Of a stretch of 64,000 nucleotides of DNA, positions 1 through 13,514 are shown piece by piece; positions within the stretch are counted from its first letter, which is position 1; each line of letters starts with the position of its first letter. The position numbers and the translations under genes are program-made. The stretch is from positions 124,496,001 through 124,560,000 of the forward strand of contig OX597814.1 in the NCBI GenBank assembly GCA_951406725.2. The letters are read 5' to 3'. The notes beneath the pieces were generated by a model that searched no databases, was not told where the DNA came from, and was given only the letters and a program-made list of their open reading frames with translations. This DNA is from Octopus vulgaris. Lineage: Eukaryota.

Positions 1-651
1 GAGTTGGTTATGTTGTAAAATCTCTACTGCAAAATTTAGCAGAATAGAAACCATAAAAAAATTTGTTTTACGGTTTACTTAGGAGTAAAAGGGGATGCAC
101 CCATGACTTTAACTGGGTGGGTAATTCTCCAAAGCCGAGGCTCTGTTTTGGAAAGAGAGTAGTTAGAAAAGAAATTGCGAGGGCTGATTGAATGAGACAG
201 TATAGATGTAAAGAGGAAGAAAAGTGAATGCTTAGGAAGGTAAGGGTGGATGAGAAATGTAACGAGCTAGTTCAGAAAAGTAGGGTCACGGTAGCAGCAA
301 TAAGATGCTCAGAGCGGGGAGAAGGTGTACCTGTGGGTTAAAGATGAAGTATATTGCTGCGTCAATTTTTACCATTTCCACTGTTTTCTTTTGGGTGCAG
401 TCTACGATGTCAATATATGTAGCAGCAACAGCACAGTTTCAGATGTGAGAGAATAGGGTTCGTACTCGAGCGCTGAGGTTCTCACTATTCGAAACTCAAC
501 CTAAAGTATTTTTGTGCATATTTTTGATAAACAAATTTTTACTGCGTTATGTGTATATCAACCAAAAGGTTCATCTTTGAATGTTTTAGTGTAGCCTAGG
601 GCAAAAGAAAGTGAGACACAAGATTTTTTGTTGATATACATATATAATAAT

Positions 652-1050
652 CCTTTCTACTAAAGGCACAATGCCTGAAGTTTTTTCGGCAGGGGACTAT
701 TCGATTACATCGACGCTAGTGTGTCACTGGTACTTAATTTATCAATCCCCATAAGGATGAAAGGCAAAGTCGACCTCGGCGGAATTTGAACTCAGAACGT
801 GACGACAGACGAAATACTAATTTCTTTACTGCCCAGATGGGGCTACACACAGAGGGGGCAAACAAGGACAGACAAACGGATTAAGTCGATTATATCGACA
901 CCAGTACGTAACTGGTACTTAATTTATCGACCCCGAAAGGATGAAACGCAAAGTCGACCTCGGCGGAATTTGAACTCAGAACGTAACGGCAGACGAAATA
1001 CGGCTACGCATTTCGCCCGGCATGCTAACGTTTCTGCCAGCTCGCCGCCT
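652..1050 (-). mobile_element. SINE family A (tRNA-like head, multimeric body)
   Basis: Reverse complement of the head aggcggcgagctggcagaaacgttagc, B-box-like gagttcaaattcc, body gtcgactttgcctttcatcc twice; adjacent (TAA)n. Confidence 0.9.
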
Positions 1051-1054
1051 TTAC

Positions 1055-1058
<4 letters not shown>

Positions 1059-1124
<66 letters not shown>

Positions 1125-1127
1125 CTA

Positions 1128-1188
<61 letters not shown>

Positions 1189-1200
1189 AATAATAATAAT
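1059..1200. repeat. (TAA)n microsatellite
   Basis: Direct reading. Confidence 0.95.
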
Positions 1201-1560
1201 AATATCGGTAGTTTTATTTTGTGCAGTTGGTGACAGAATTGGTACATCCGTACTTTCGAATGCTTTCGAGGTATCTCTTTATGGTGGAAATGAAGGTTTG
1301 ACGCGATATCTTGGCTGCTTGTTGTTTGCGGCAGTGGCTGCAAGGTTATAAAAGAGAGAAGAGTGGTGTCGTATATACTGAGATGAGCTTTGTTAGGGAT
1401 GATAACAAGTAAATCACTAATGCACAGGGAAAAGACAGTCGGGGATATATAAGTAACCTTAGTGTACAGCAAAATTGAAAACTTGTGATCGTACGAATTC
1501 ACAAACAGTTTCTGATCATGAGATAAATGATGGCTGGGGCCAGTAGGCAAACAGCGTATC
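1200..1560 (-). mobile_element. Highly decayed LINE reverse-transcriptase remnant (CR1/Jockey-like)
   Basis: Minus strand near 1250-1285 reads gagatacctcgaaagcattcgaaagt, resembling the RT motif D(I)SKAFD; the rest is degraded. Confidence 0.35.
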
Positions 1561-1797
1561 CAGAAAATCCCAGTATCAGATATTGTCTAATGCTTTACTG
1601 ATGTCAATTATATATGTAGGGCTGTTACATTGTATATGGATGTATGGTGGTTAGTCTCGATTAGATAGGAGTCTGATGATGGCGTAGCGAAAGTGGCATT
1701 TGAATTGGAAGTGAGAAAAACATCAACACTGTTAAGGGAGACTGTGTGTCGATATGCGTGGGCAAAGATATTAATTGTTGCAGAATAAAGCAAATTA

Positions 1798-2212
1798 AGG
1801 CGGCGCGCTGGCAGAAACGTTAGCACGCCGGGCGAAATGCTCTGCAGGATTTCGTCTGCCGTTACGTTCTGAGTTCAAATTCTGCCGAGGTCGACTTTGC
1901 CTTTCATCCTTTCGGGGTCGATAAATTAAGTACCAGTAACGCACTGGGGTCGATATAATCGACTTAATCCGTTTGTCTGTCCTTGTTAGTCCCCTCTGTG
2001 TTTAACCCCTTGTGGGTAGTTAAGAAATAGGTATTTCGTCTGCCATTACGTTCTGAGTTCAAATTCCGCCGAGGTCGACTTTGCCTTTCATCCTTTCAGG
2101 GTCGATTAAATAAGTACCAGTTACGCACTGGGGTCGATGTAATCGACTTAATCCGTTTGTCTATCCTTGTTTGTCCCCTCTGTGTTTAGCCCTTTGTGGG
2201 CAATAAAGAAAT
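1798..2212 (+). mobile_element. SINE family A, dimer
   Basis: Head plus two ~184-bp units (gagttcaaat at 1871 and 2055); ends gggcaataaagaaat. Confidence 0.92.
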
Positions 2213-3981
2213 CAGAATAAAGCAAATTTTAATCAATAACAATTATAGATAGAAATAGGTAGTTTTAGGGTTCTGTTTAAGCAAACAGGCCCTCAATACA
2301 ATCTAAAGTAGCACATGTAAATGAAGAAATTATACAACAAACCAAATGTACTTAAATTAGAAAATAAGGGAAAAGATGTTTAGAACAATCTGAAATTTAC
2401 AGACCACGCGTTAATGTCAATAAAATTTTTAATGTCCTATTGCAACTACGAAGTAGCTACTACATAAAGAAAACACGTAAAAGTGACAAAATTTCTCATG
2501 TTAGACTAAACAAGGTATCCACAAATTTACACCTACGTCTGTGATCTGCAAGACTGTTTGAATAGTATGCCAGCGAAAAGTTACCTTGAATTATTTTAGT
2601 ATTTCGGTTCGCCTGATTATGAGTCATGTCTTATGTGGCCGCTTCTTGGAGAAGTTTGTCCATACTTGCTCTACGGAGTTACATGGCTTGTCCGACTTCA
2701 GAGCTCCTTAAAATTATTTTCTGAAGCATTGAAGCTGTTAGGATTCATTGGATAATGTAGTTCAAGGTAAGCGATGCTCGTGAACAACTGAAATGGTCAT
2801 TGTCGAATGCTCAGTCTGACCTGGCTGAAGGCTTATCAATAACAACAAACAATAAGAAAAAGCTTACAATAGTGAAATGTGGTTACGTAGATCCCTTAGC
2901 TGTAGTTTCAAAGAAAGGCATCTTAAGACAATAAGACGTTGCAGTCATTTAAATTAGATAATCAATGACCCACAGAATTATTGTCGAATAAAAGACAAAA
3001 GAAATAAAGAGACGGAAGACAATAGCAGTATTCGTTATAAGTCAAGAATATACAGCCAACATTATACTGCCTGTAAGAAGCAAGTGATTCGAGAGGTTTT
3101 GTAATAACAACTTATGTGTATGCCCTGACTCCTACTACAAATCTTGTAGAAAGATAAAAGTCTTCTAATTACTTATTATTAGTTCAGGGAGTGCTAGGAT
3201 ATTTAATGTGTAACTAATGTTTTAGTCCACAACATTATGTATATTTAGCACTCACTGAACAACTGTGTGCTTCGTGCAGATAACGTCGCTAAGTACATTC
3301 CCTCGCTTCATAAATTATGTTCTGTTGTCACACCAAATTATTGTAGCTTTATGAAATGATTTGCAACCAGTGAGTAGATCTGGAAAGTACTGGAAAGAAT
3401 GAGGAGATGTAACAAGACCGAAGAATTTATTGAATTCCACCACAAGTTCCACTCCTTGTTGCAATGTGGTAGCTTGTGTGCCTCAGTGACCCCGGGAGAG
3501 TTATGCCAGCGGAGCGCAAACTTGAAGGGCCTCCCATTCTAAACAATTCAAAGGATACAGGTCAGACAAATACAGACCAGCTCTTCCTAGATATAAAAAT
3601 GGGTCTGCGTAGGGCTAACAATCCTTTCCTAGAATAAGACAAAAGCAAAGTTAAAGAAACATCGATGATAGAGAACAGTGAAGGTAAGTCATCGATGGAT
3701 TGTACTTTATAGGGAGTGTATGGCTTCAATAAAAAGTTCAAATGCACCGAATTATCGTCGTAATTGCCAAAGCTCAGATTAAATTCAAATTAGCCCTCGA
3801 GTTTATGCGTTTGTAATGATAATTCTATTAGTTTCATTAATATTTTCAGAGTTTGTTACTCTTTTTCCTTCGCTTACGGTTCTTCCATTCATCGATGCAA
3901 GAATAAAACTTGATCGATAAAATCTTTCATGCTACACGACATTAAAATTCTTAGTTCTTACTCAAACTATTACCACGTGCG

Positions 3982-4095
3982 GATTGCACTCGCTCCGATT
4001 GCACTCGTTCCGATTGCACTCGCTCCGATTGCACTCGCTCCGATTGCACTCGCTCCGATTGCACTCGCTCAGTACTTGCACACGCTCGGTACTTG
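3982..4095 (+). repeat. 15-bp minisatellite (gattgcactcgctcc)n
   Basis: About six near-perfect units followed by degenerate units. Confidence 0.9.
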
Positions 4096-4121
4096 ATCTC
4101 AGTCATTATACCCACTATATA

Positions 4122-4490
4122 AAGGCGGCGAGCTGGCAGAAACGTTAGCAGCGCCGGGCGAAATGCTTAGCGGTATTTCGTCTGCCGTTACGTTCTGAGT
4201 TCAAATTCCGCCGAGGTCGACTTTGCCTTTCATCCTTTCGGGGTCAATTAAATAAGTACCAGTTACGCACTGGGGTCGATATAATCGACTTAATCTGTTT
4301 GTCTTTCCTTGTTTGTCCCCTCTGTGTTTAGCCCCTTGTAGGTAGTAAAGAAATAGGTATTTCGCCTGTCTTTACATTTTAAGTTCAAATTCCGCCGAGG
4401 TCGACTTTGCCGATCATCCTTTCGGGGTCGATAAATTAAGTACCAGTTGCATACTGGGATCGATCTACTCGACCTCCCTCACCCCCCAAA
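4122..4490 (+). mobile_element. SINE family A, dimer with alternative tail
   Basis: Same head and body; the second unit ends in the ccctc...ccccaaa type tail. Confidence 0.9.
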
Positions 4491-4674
4491 TTATATATGT
4501 GTGTGTAATTTTTATGTTCTACTTGTTTCAGTCATTAGACTGCGGCCATAATGTGTTACAATTAAAAAACAATAATAAATAAGTATTGTGAATTTCTTTG
4601 ACTAAGCTCTTCAAGGCAATGCCCCAACATGGCTACAGTTAAATGACTAAACTTTCTTCGTGTGTTTGTTTGTT

Positions 4675-4709
<35 letters not shown>

Positions 4710-5138
4710 CACTTACAATGAAGAAAATTGATATTAAAATAGCAAAAATTCTAAATAAAGTCGCTATTCAGACAGACATATGACTCTTTTTAACTTGATA
4801 TATTTCAAAAACAAGCTAAAAAATCATACACACACACATGCACACACATATGCACGCACATACACACACACACATACAAACACGCGCACACACAAATAAA
4901 CAAATACACACATATATACACAATCACTCTTTATGTGTTTACGCGTGCGCTTGTGTGTGAGTTATATGGTTAGATATTGGAAACAAACATTGTATCAGTA
5001 GATATTAAAATAAATTCTTAATAAACTTGCTCCAGGCATTAATTAATATTTTGTACGTTTTATACTTAGTCATCAGCGAAGAGAAAAAAGAAAATTGTAC
5101 GAACGTTGTACATTGTATTTAAAGTAGCTTGCTAAAGC

Positions 5139-5171
<33 letters not shown>

Positions 5172-5215
5172 TTATATAGTTTATATGATCTTATATATTT
5201 ATGTATATATACATG

Positions 5216-5279
<64 letters not shown>

Positions 5280-5606
5280 TGTGTGTGTGTGTATCTGAGT
5301 GTGTATGAAAACAGGAAATGTGATGTCTTAATTCTGTAGTCAGACGGAATGAAATGGGCCGCAAATATAAACGATTGGATTGTACTTATGATTTCCCCTG
5401 TGGTAAATAATTGATGATGACTACCATATCAGAGTGCTCGACTTCCGTTAATGAGTTTGGTAAACAACATTCCAGTTATATCACGTAAAGCATACAGTGC
5501 TCTAGGTTTTAGGTATGCAAAAATGGTTTTTCGAGATTGTTCAATATTGCCAAAAGTGACCTGTAAGAACGGTTGTTCCTATATATATAAGAGCAACAAA
5601 TACTAG

Positions 5607-5685
5607 CTGATGAAGCTTAACAAGGGAGAAACATATGCGTCCTACGATACAATGCTGAAGAAAGGTTTAATCCTGAGACTGTGTC
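5607..5685 (+). ncRNA. Two tandem degenerate minimal hammerhead-like motifs
   Basis: CTGATGA(5607)...GAAA(5628)...GTC(5639) and CTGAAGA(5655)-a-agg..cct-GAGAC-tgt-GTC(5683). Confidence 0.4.
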
Positions 5686-6394
5686 TACAACGAAAGGCTT
5701 TCTCACATCCCTGTACACTTGAGGATATTAAATAATATGATTGTATACGCATATATTACATTCAGCGCTGCTTCGTCGGCCTCTGGTTATTTTGTTAATT
5801 TCCTGAGTCTTTATTCTTGTTTCCTCTCACTTTATCTTTCTCGTTCTTTCGCTATTTCTACTCCATCTATTCCTTGCCTCCCTTTCCCCAGCTCTTTCCC
5901 CATCTCAACATTCCCAGCGTCCAGCTTCCGTTCTGATATTCCTTCCTTCTTTTGTCGCTGTGACTCACTTAGTGATAGCACGTATTCTTTCTTCTTTTCG
6001 CTATTCCTTTTCATTCGTCAAAAACTAACGTCTATATTTTTTTTTTAAACTATCATTTTCCCCCTCTTTTCCTTCCTCTGTTTGTTTTATTTCGAACAAT
6101 TTTATTTGTAAAAATCATGCAATTTTTATTTGTCTTAACCGCCAAGGTTTTTTGTTTTGTATATTTTTTTTGTGTTGTCTTTGCCACTGTTGAGTTTGTT
6201 TAACTATTTATGACCTCAGACGACCAAGCTGTTCTCATCTGTCTGAACAGTCAAGAATAGCTCAACCAGGGGCGAAACAATAAAAAGAAAGTCAACTTTT
6301 GATATGATAAACATATCTAAACATTTTATCAAGTGTTAATTCCTCATCAGTTACATTTTGCACGACACAGAATATGTTTGTAATACCTGTTAGG

Positions 6395-6592
6395 TTTTAC
6401 TTGTTTCAGTTATTGAATTATTGAACAATGCCTATCGATTAAAAAGGTTTAATCGAAGAAATCAATCCCAGTTCTTATTTTAATGTTTGGTACTTGTTCT
6501 ATCGGTTTCACTTGTCGAACCACTAAGTTAATAACACGTAAACAACCCAACACTGTTTGTCAAGCGGTGGTGGAGGACAAACACAAACACAA
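6395..6592 (-). mobile_element. SINE family B, 3' half (diverged)
   Basis: ttttacttgtttcagt...tgtcaagcggtggtggaggacaaacaca, similar to other family B copies. Confidence 0.7.
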
Positions 6593-6624
6593 CAACACAC
6601 ACACACACACACGCACGCGCACGC

Positions 6625-6658
<34 letters not shown>

Positions 6659-7477
6659 CACACGAACATATATCCTTTACGTTTCCTGCAATATCAAAAA
6701 TGTGCATCTCACTTCTTACACAGATGCATGAAGAATCGATATATTTTCAGCCTAGAAACTAAGAAATGGATGTAAACTTCAACTTCTTGTGGTTCTCCCT
6801 TCTGTTTCTAACCTCACCTCCAACAGACAGGTAATTTTCATTTAAGAACCTTCACATGCGCATAGGTTATTTCTTCTCTATTGAATTATTCTACATCAGC
6901 TAGTTTAATTATGATTTCTACTGTGAAAGGGGACGTAGCTCTAATTTCTTATTCCTTTTTTTTTTCGGTTTTTATTTACCCTTTGTCTTCTCATTCCACT
7001 TTTTGTTTCAACCTTATTTTCGTTTGTTCTCTTGGTTTCTCATATACCAGTACCTTATTTTTCAAATGGAACAAGCCATCTCCCCAGAGTCTGTAGATTG
7101 CTTGGAGACCCAAGGTACGTTATAAAAATCTGCATAACCACGTGGCTCAATAGCAAGAAAATATTAGTAGCTCTTATTTTAATACAGTGTACATTAAACG
7201 ATACCTTTTTGGTGTACTTATTGTTGTTGATCTTACCTCAACGGAACAGTTAATATGTGCATATAAACAGGTCGTCGTCGACTTACGACATATCCGACTC
7301 ACGACCGATTGACTTTACGACGATTGGCATGCCAGCTTCCGGCAGCAATAATAAATAGTCCAGTTCAAATTTAATGGGTTTAATTTCTAACGTTAATATA
7401 ATAGTATATGTCATACTTACATCTATACATCTATACATCTATACATCCATACATACATACATACATACATACATACA

Positions 7478-7511
<34 letters not shown>

Positions 7512-7879
7512 CATATATATGCAGGACGTCACGTCACGAAACGTGTACACCAAAGGATACGAAGCACGACTACATGGAACATGAACTATTCTTTAGAACA
7601 ACGAAAGGCATAAATGGAAAACAAAATAAATATCATAAAGAACTACCCTTTATCAGTTGCTGTCTGTTTTTCTAGTCTCGTATTTCGAACATTTAACAAC
7701 AATATACGTTTTCAATAAAACAGTTAAAATAGAATAGTGGGAGAAGATGAGGCAAAAGAATAAGAGAGAGAGAAAGAGTAAAAAGATCGTATATAGTGCG
7801 CATCAGAATTAAGATAAAACTTATTTGTAAGAGGATGCGTGGCTTTCAATTATATAATAATATAAATAATATATATATA

Positions 7880-7884
<5 letters not shown>

Positions 7885-7936
<52 letters not shown>

Positions 7937-7973
7937 ATTATACGATTGAACGTCACGCATCTCTTCCAAATAC

Positions 7974-8023
<50 letters not shown>

Positions 8024-8036
8024 ATATATATATTAC

Positions 8037-8131
<95 letters not shown>

Positions 8132-8132
8132 T

Positions 8133-8192
<60 letters not shown>
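7885..8192. repeat. (TA)n/(CA)n compound microsatellite
   Basis: Direct reading. Confidence 0.95.
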
Positions 8193-8193
<1 letters not shown>

Positions 8194-8658
8194 GAGTAAA
8201 ACATGATTTCAATTTTTGTTTTTTTTTTCAGAAAATCTCCAATTTGTAACAGCAGATATCTTGCACTTTAAGCAAGAAATAAGATTGTACAATATTTTTT
8301 TAGTAAAACGTTTTCTTGAAAACTCAGCTTCTATATGTTAAAAAGCATTTACGTTTTTTCGGTAAAACACTTTTTATGTGAAATATAACCAGTGTATCTT
8401 TAAATTTATGTATGTTTATACATAATAAATTCTTATATTCAATGTGGAAGACATAACATTCTAATTTGTAAGAAATTTAACCATAAAAATATTTAGCTTT
8501 TTTTCTCTCAGCAGCTTACTCATCGTTTTTCGTATATGTATGTATGTATGTATGTATCTATGTATATAGATACATTTGCATGAGTATATGTATAATGTAT
8601 ATACATATATATGTATGTATATATTTATATGTATGTGTGTCTGATATATATACACACA

Positions 8659-8741
<83 letters not shown>

Positions 8742-9089
8742 ATAATTGTATGAAATAGCAGTAATTATAACTGTATAGAACATAGAGACTTGTTCATTCT
8801 CAAAATTTATTTTCTTTTATTTTTACAATTTTAGACCGCATATTTTTAAGGTCATTATGTCCTACACGTGTTTCTACTACACGAATTGCGGGCGTTTGCA
8901 GATACAACATGGAGCAATTTTCGGTACAGCTTCTTCAGAATCTGTCCACATAGCAAGGCATTTAGAGCGTGAATGACAACTATTAGTAGCAATAGATGTT
9001 AAATAGTAATCGATGCGCTTTCCATAACCTGGACCATAACTGAGAGTCACTACGGTATCCGCTCAGATTATATATCCCTCCAAACTCGC

Positions 9090-9415
<326 letters not shown>

Positions 9416-9539
9416 AAACTTAGTTCAATAAGAACAAGTTGAACTTTTTGGAGGGTTCAAAAAGTTAGATTTGTAATAAAGATTTTTCATATCAAAATAG
9501 TAATTTGCAAGTATTTAAAATATGAAAATAAGACAATAA

Positions 9540-10070
9540 TGTGTTATGAGAATTATAGGATAAAATCCTATGTAAACCCAAATAACAGTTAAGAAATGGA
9601 GAAGAGACGATGTTAAAACTTTTTATAAATTTTTTATCCGTATGATCGTTTCGAACGATAATACTGACATGTAAGAAAACATGGAAAAAAATTAAATTAA
9701 TTATAATAATAATTAATAATAATTAAGTTAAATTAATTCAATTGGTATTACCAATCTCTTCAGAGGAAAAAATTAATAAAACATAAAAAAATGTATTAAC
9801 AAAAGAATATTACAATAAGACTACAGAGAGTCTGTGTCGGTTAAAGTTGATCGGATATTCATAATAAGAATGTGAAATGGGAAAAGAGAGATGTAGGAAC
9901 ATGTTAATGTAGTGTTGAGTCTATCTGTGTAATTTAATTTTTTCCACGTTTTCTTACATTTCAGCATTATCATTCGAAACGATCGTATAAAAACTTTTAA
10001 CATCTCTTCTACATTTTTTAACTGTTAGTTGGGTTTAAATAGGATTTTATCCTATAATACTCATAACACA
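9540..10070. repeat. Long inverted repeat (arms ~9540-9699 and ~9930-10070)
   Basis: tgtgttatgagaattataggataaaatcctat pairs with ataggattttatcctataatactcataacaca; tgtaagaaaacatggaaaaaa pairs with ttttttccacgttttcttaca. Confidence 0.9.
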
Positions 10071-10094
10071 TTTTTAATTTTATATATATATATA

Positions 10095-10245
10095 GGGAGA
10101 GTTTATGAAAAAACAAAAGACGAAGACAGGTGGTGTACAAAACAAACAGATGTATTAGTATAACGTTCAGGAATAGAAAAAGTCTTTTACATTTCGAGCA
10201 TACGCACTGTAGAAAGGGACACAGAAAAAAACAAGGAGAGGAAAA
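10095..10245 (-). mobile_element. Short interspersed repeat with degenerate hammerhead-like core (same family as 44708-44903)
   Basis: aaaagacgaagac...gtattagt...aaagtcttttacatttcgagc is the reverse complement of sequence at 44780-44890. Confidence 0.75.
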
Positions 10246-10247
10246 AA

Positions 10248-10299
10248 CACAAAAATTCAGTTACAAGTAGATGTGAAAATTTCTTGCCATTGCTTGCGA

Positions 10300-10338
<39 letters not shown>

Positions 10339-10444
10339 TGGCCAACCAGCTAGTTTAAAACAAATCACTGCTGAACTGTGTCACCGAGTAGATTGCAGGC
10401 AGTGTCAAAAAATTTTGGCATCTACTTGTAACTGAATTTTTGTG
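10248..10444. repeat. Short inverted repeat (arms 10248-10303 and 10389-10444)
   Basis: cacaaaaattcagttacaagtagatg pairs with catctacttgtaactgaatttttgtg. Confidence 0.9.
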
Positions 10445-10496
10445 ATTTTGAATGGTTACAATGAGTCATGCACACTGTAATTGCTCTATGTTCGAA

Positions 10497-10534
<38 letters not shown>

Positions 10535-10544
10535 CACACTTATA

Positions 10545-10745
10545 TAGCAGCCATGTAACAAGTGCCTTTCTCAGACTATTCTTTTCCTTCTTAAAGGGTT
10601 TTTTCCGCTTTCTCTTTCGGAGGAAGAGCTATGCTGGAAACGTCACAACCCTCTCTTCTTTTCTATCTTAAACTTTCTCTGAGAGTCAATCTAATGCATT
10701 CACTCTGCCCTCCTGACATTTGTTGCTTCTTTTAATTCTTCATTT
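10545..10745 (+). mobile_element. Short repeat with degenerate hammerhead-like core
   Basis: CGGAGGA(10618)-a-gagc-tat-gctg-GAAAC-GTC(10644); layout resembles the reverse complement of 55535-55740. Confidence 0.5.
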
Positions 10746-10747
10746 GC

Positions 10748-10823
<76 letters not shown>

Positions 10824-10885
10824 GTCATCTATCTACCTATCTATCTATCTATCTATCTATCTATCAATGTATCTATCTATCAATG

Positions 10886-10962
<77 letters not shown>

Positions 10963-11028
10963 GTCTGTCTGTCTGTCTCTCTGTCTATCTATCATCTATC
11001 TATCATCTATCTATCTATCTATCCATCT
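10748..11028 (+). repeat. (TATC)n/(TGTC)n array upstream of the LINE
   Basis: Direct reading. Confidence 0.95.
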
Positions 11029-11296
11029 ACGGACGTGCTGTCACTTCGGCTCCGAAGGTAATCGTTTATTTTGACTATTTATAGCCCATATTTTGTGTAC
11101 TTTTTTGTAAATAAGGTGTGTAAGGCACCCAACTTTCGTTTGAGTGCTTTTCCAAGGGAGGAATTCGCCCCTAGGGGCAGTTTCAACCCTATTTAATTTG
11201 TGTAATTTTCTTCTCGACATTTTGAAAATATCGAGAAATTGTATTGTAGAACGCTGGTCGCGTTCCTTTATCGACCAACATTTTCCTAGTCTGGAA

Positions 11297-13446
11297 ATGC
11301 TAGGAGAAGAAAAAAAGAACTCATGCACGCAAAGTGCAAACCTGAATGACATGGCAGTGAACGCTGCAACCACTTGCGATAACAGCACTGTCACCACCAC
11401 CACTAACAACAACAACGAGACTACTACTGCCACCACCACCGCCTCCACCACCACTACCACCACCGCCACCTCATCCACTACCTCAACTACCAACAACAAC
11501 AACAATAACAATGACAACAAGAATAACAACAATTGCGCCACCATTTCGACATCTGCTGCCACGGCTGTCTCTTCTGCCACTGACACCACCGCCAACACCA
11601 CCACCACCACCAACAACAACAATTGTTTACTCCAACACCAAGAACTGAAGGGAATAAACAAAAGACTGTGACCACCAAACAAATTGACAAAAGCTGCTCG
11701 AACACAGGAACAAACTATGCAAGTAATTTTCCACCCCTTCCTACTTGCACAATTAAACCAAATACACCGATTTTACTAACTGCAGCCAACAACAACATCA
11801 TCACCAGCAACAACAATAACAAAACAACAACAAATTTCGCCGAGGCGATAAAAGAAAAAAAGACAACAGTATATTTTACTGCACAGCAGATAAAAGATAC
11901 GAATATTTTAATAACGGAAGTAGATGGTATAGTAAAAATAAACATACCACAAGAAATATTAGAAAATGAAAAAAAGAACTATTATATATAAAATAATTAA
12001 TAAGAAAACAAAAAGTCCAGAGAAGGCTAACACAAGCAAAATCGAAAAATGCTTGAAACCCATCTGGAACTACAAAGAGTATGTGACCTGATGGAACAAG
12101 TTCGCACACATACAAGTGGTCTTCCACACTGAAGAGTTAGCAAGACGTTTCTCAACGCTAACTCTTCATTCAGATGAACTGCAACTAACACCAAGCTATC
12201 GTGGAACAGAAAGTGACTAAGATCACTTTAAACAATGTCCCAAAAATAGCGAACAATCTATGGCTAGTAAAGGCCTTATGTGTGAAAATGGAAGATTTCA
12301 CAATTTTAGAAACTACGGTCACGGAGCACAAAAACTGGGTGGGAAAAAAAGTAGAATTTCTACTACATATAAACCAAGATGACATAAAGAAAATACCCAC
12401 CCAGATATGTGTATCAGAAGACCACAAGTTGTATGTGGTCGTCGATGGCAGAAGACCACGTTGCTACATATGCGGCAGTGAGCATCACCTAAAAAAAGAT
12501 TGCAAATATGCCGCAAGAAAACAACAGCAACAACAACAGCAGCCGGAAAAAACAAAAAAGCCAGCTTTACTACCCACACCACAAATTGTACAAACAGGAC
12601 TAATCACAGAAAATAAATAAAAAAAACCTCACCAACCAAACAACCACACCAACTGCAGCAAGAACAGAAGCAACACCACCAACAACAACAACCAAGAATA
12701 AACCAACTCCCAAACCAAGGACATCTGCCAAAAAGACACTCATCGAAAATGAAGAAACAATTACTACTCCAAATCCCCACAAAATTGACACCCCAAACAA
12801 CACAACAATACCTACAATCACTCAAACACAAAATACCCACACCCCACCTCCAAAACCGCATACACCACAACCTAACGCTCACCAACCAACACCAACAACA
12901 AAATCAACACAGTCTACAATAGACCCCAATATTTTCCTTCTCCCAAGCTCTGATTCCTCTGATTTGTCATTAGACGAAGAAGACACAGAAGATTGGCAAA
13001 TAGCCACAGGGGGGAGAAGAAAAAGGGAAAAAAAAGAAAAGAAAAGATAACAAACAAAGCAGGAAGATTCACCACTCCTGAAACAAAAACATCCACAGAA
13101 AACAAAAACATCCACAGAAAACAAACACATCAACACAAACACACCATCATCAAACCCTCCAACGATGTTGATAGCCATAAACACAAACAACCACGACCTA
13201 ATGGAACACATTAGGTCAAACACCAACATAACTGAAAACGACATAAAAACAAATAACCACCCACGCACAACACCACCACAACACATTAAAATAATACACG
13301 TAACACAGAACACATACAGCACCCTGAAATCTCTTTACCCTGATGCAGTAGGGAGATTTCAAAAATATTCATCAAAGAAACTATATAAAAACCTCATGGA
13401 AGAAGACTGTGAGGTGAAAAACAAAGGACTTTCGAACAACAAATAA
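11297..13446 (+). pseudogene. LINE ORF1 (gag-like), frameshifted
   Basis: Successive fragments 11297-11671, 11623-11991, 12201-12620, 13165-13446; zinc knuckle CYICGSEHHLKKDC (CX2CX4HX4C); Thr/Asn/Pro/Lys low-complexity tracts. Confidence 0.8.
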
Positions 13447-13514
13447 CCTTTTCTCTCTCTCTTACCTTTTTTGCACTTTCTTTTCGTGTGTAAAACACAA
13501 TTTTTTATCGGAAC

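Noticed and set aside
3480-3660. RTE-like 5' UTR or HDV-like ribozyme
   Set aside because: Only a vague resemblance (gtagggctaacaatcc); I could not build the nested pseudoknot by eye.
3982-4095. CRISPR-like array
   Set aside because: Contiguous tandem units with no spacers, in a eukaryotic context.
8912-8938. Hammerhead-like motif on the minus strand (also 17885-17907 on the plus strand)
   Set aside because: Core words are present, but stems II and III do not pair well enough to exclude chance.
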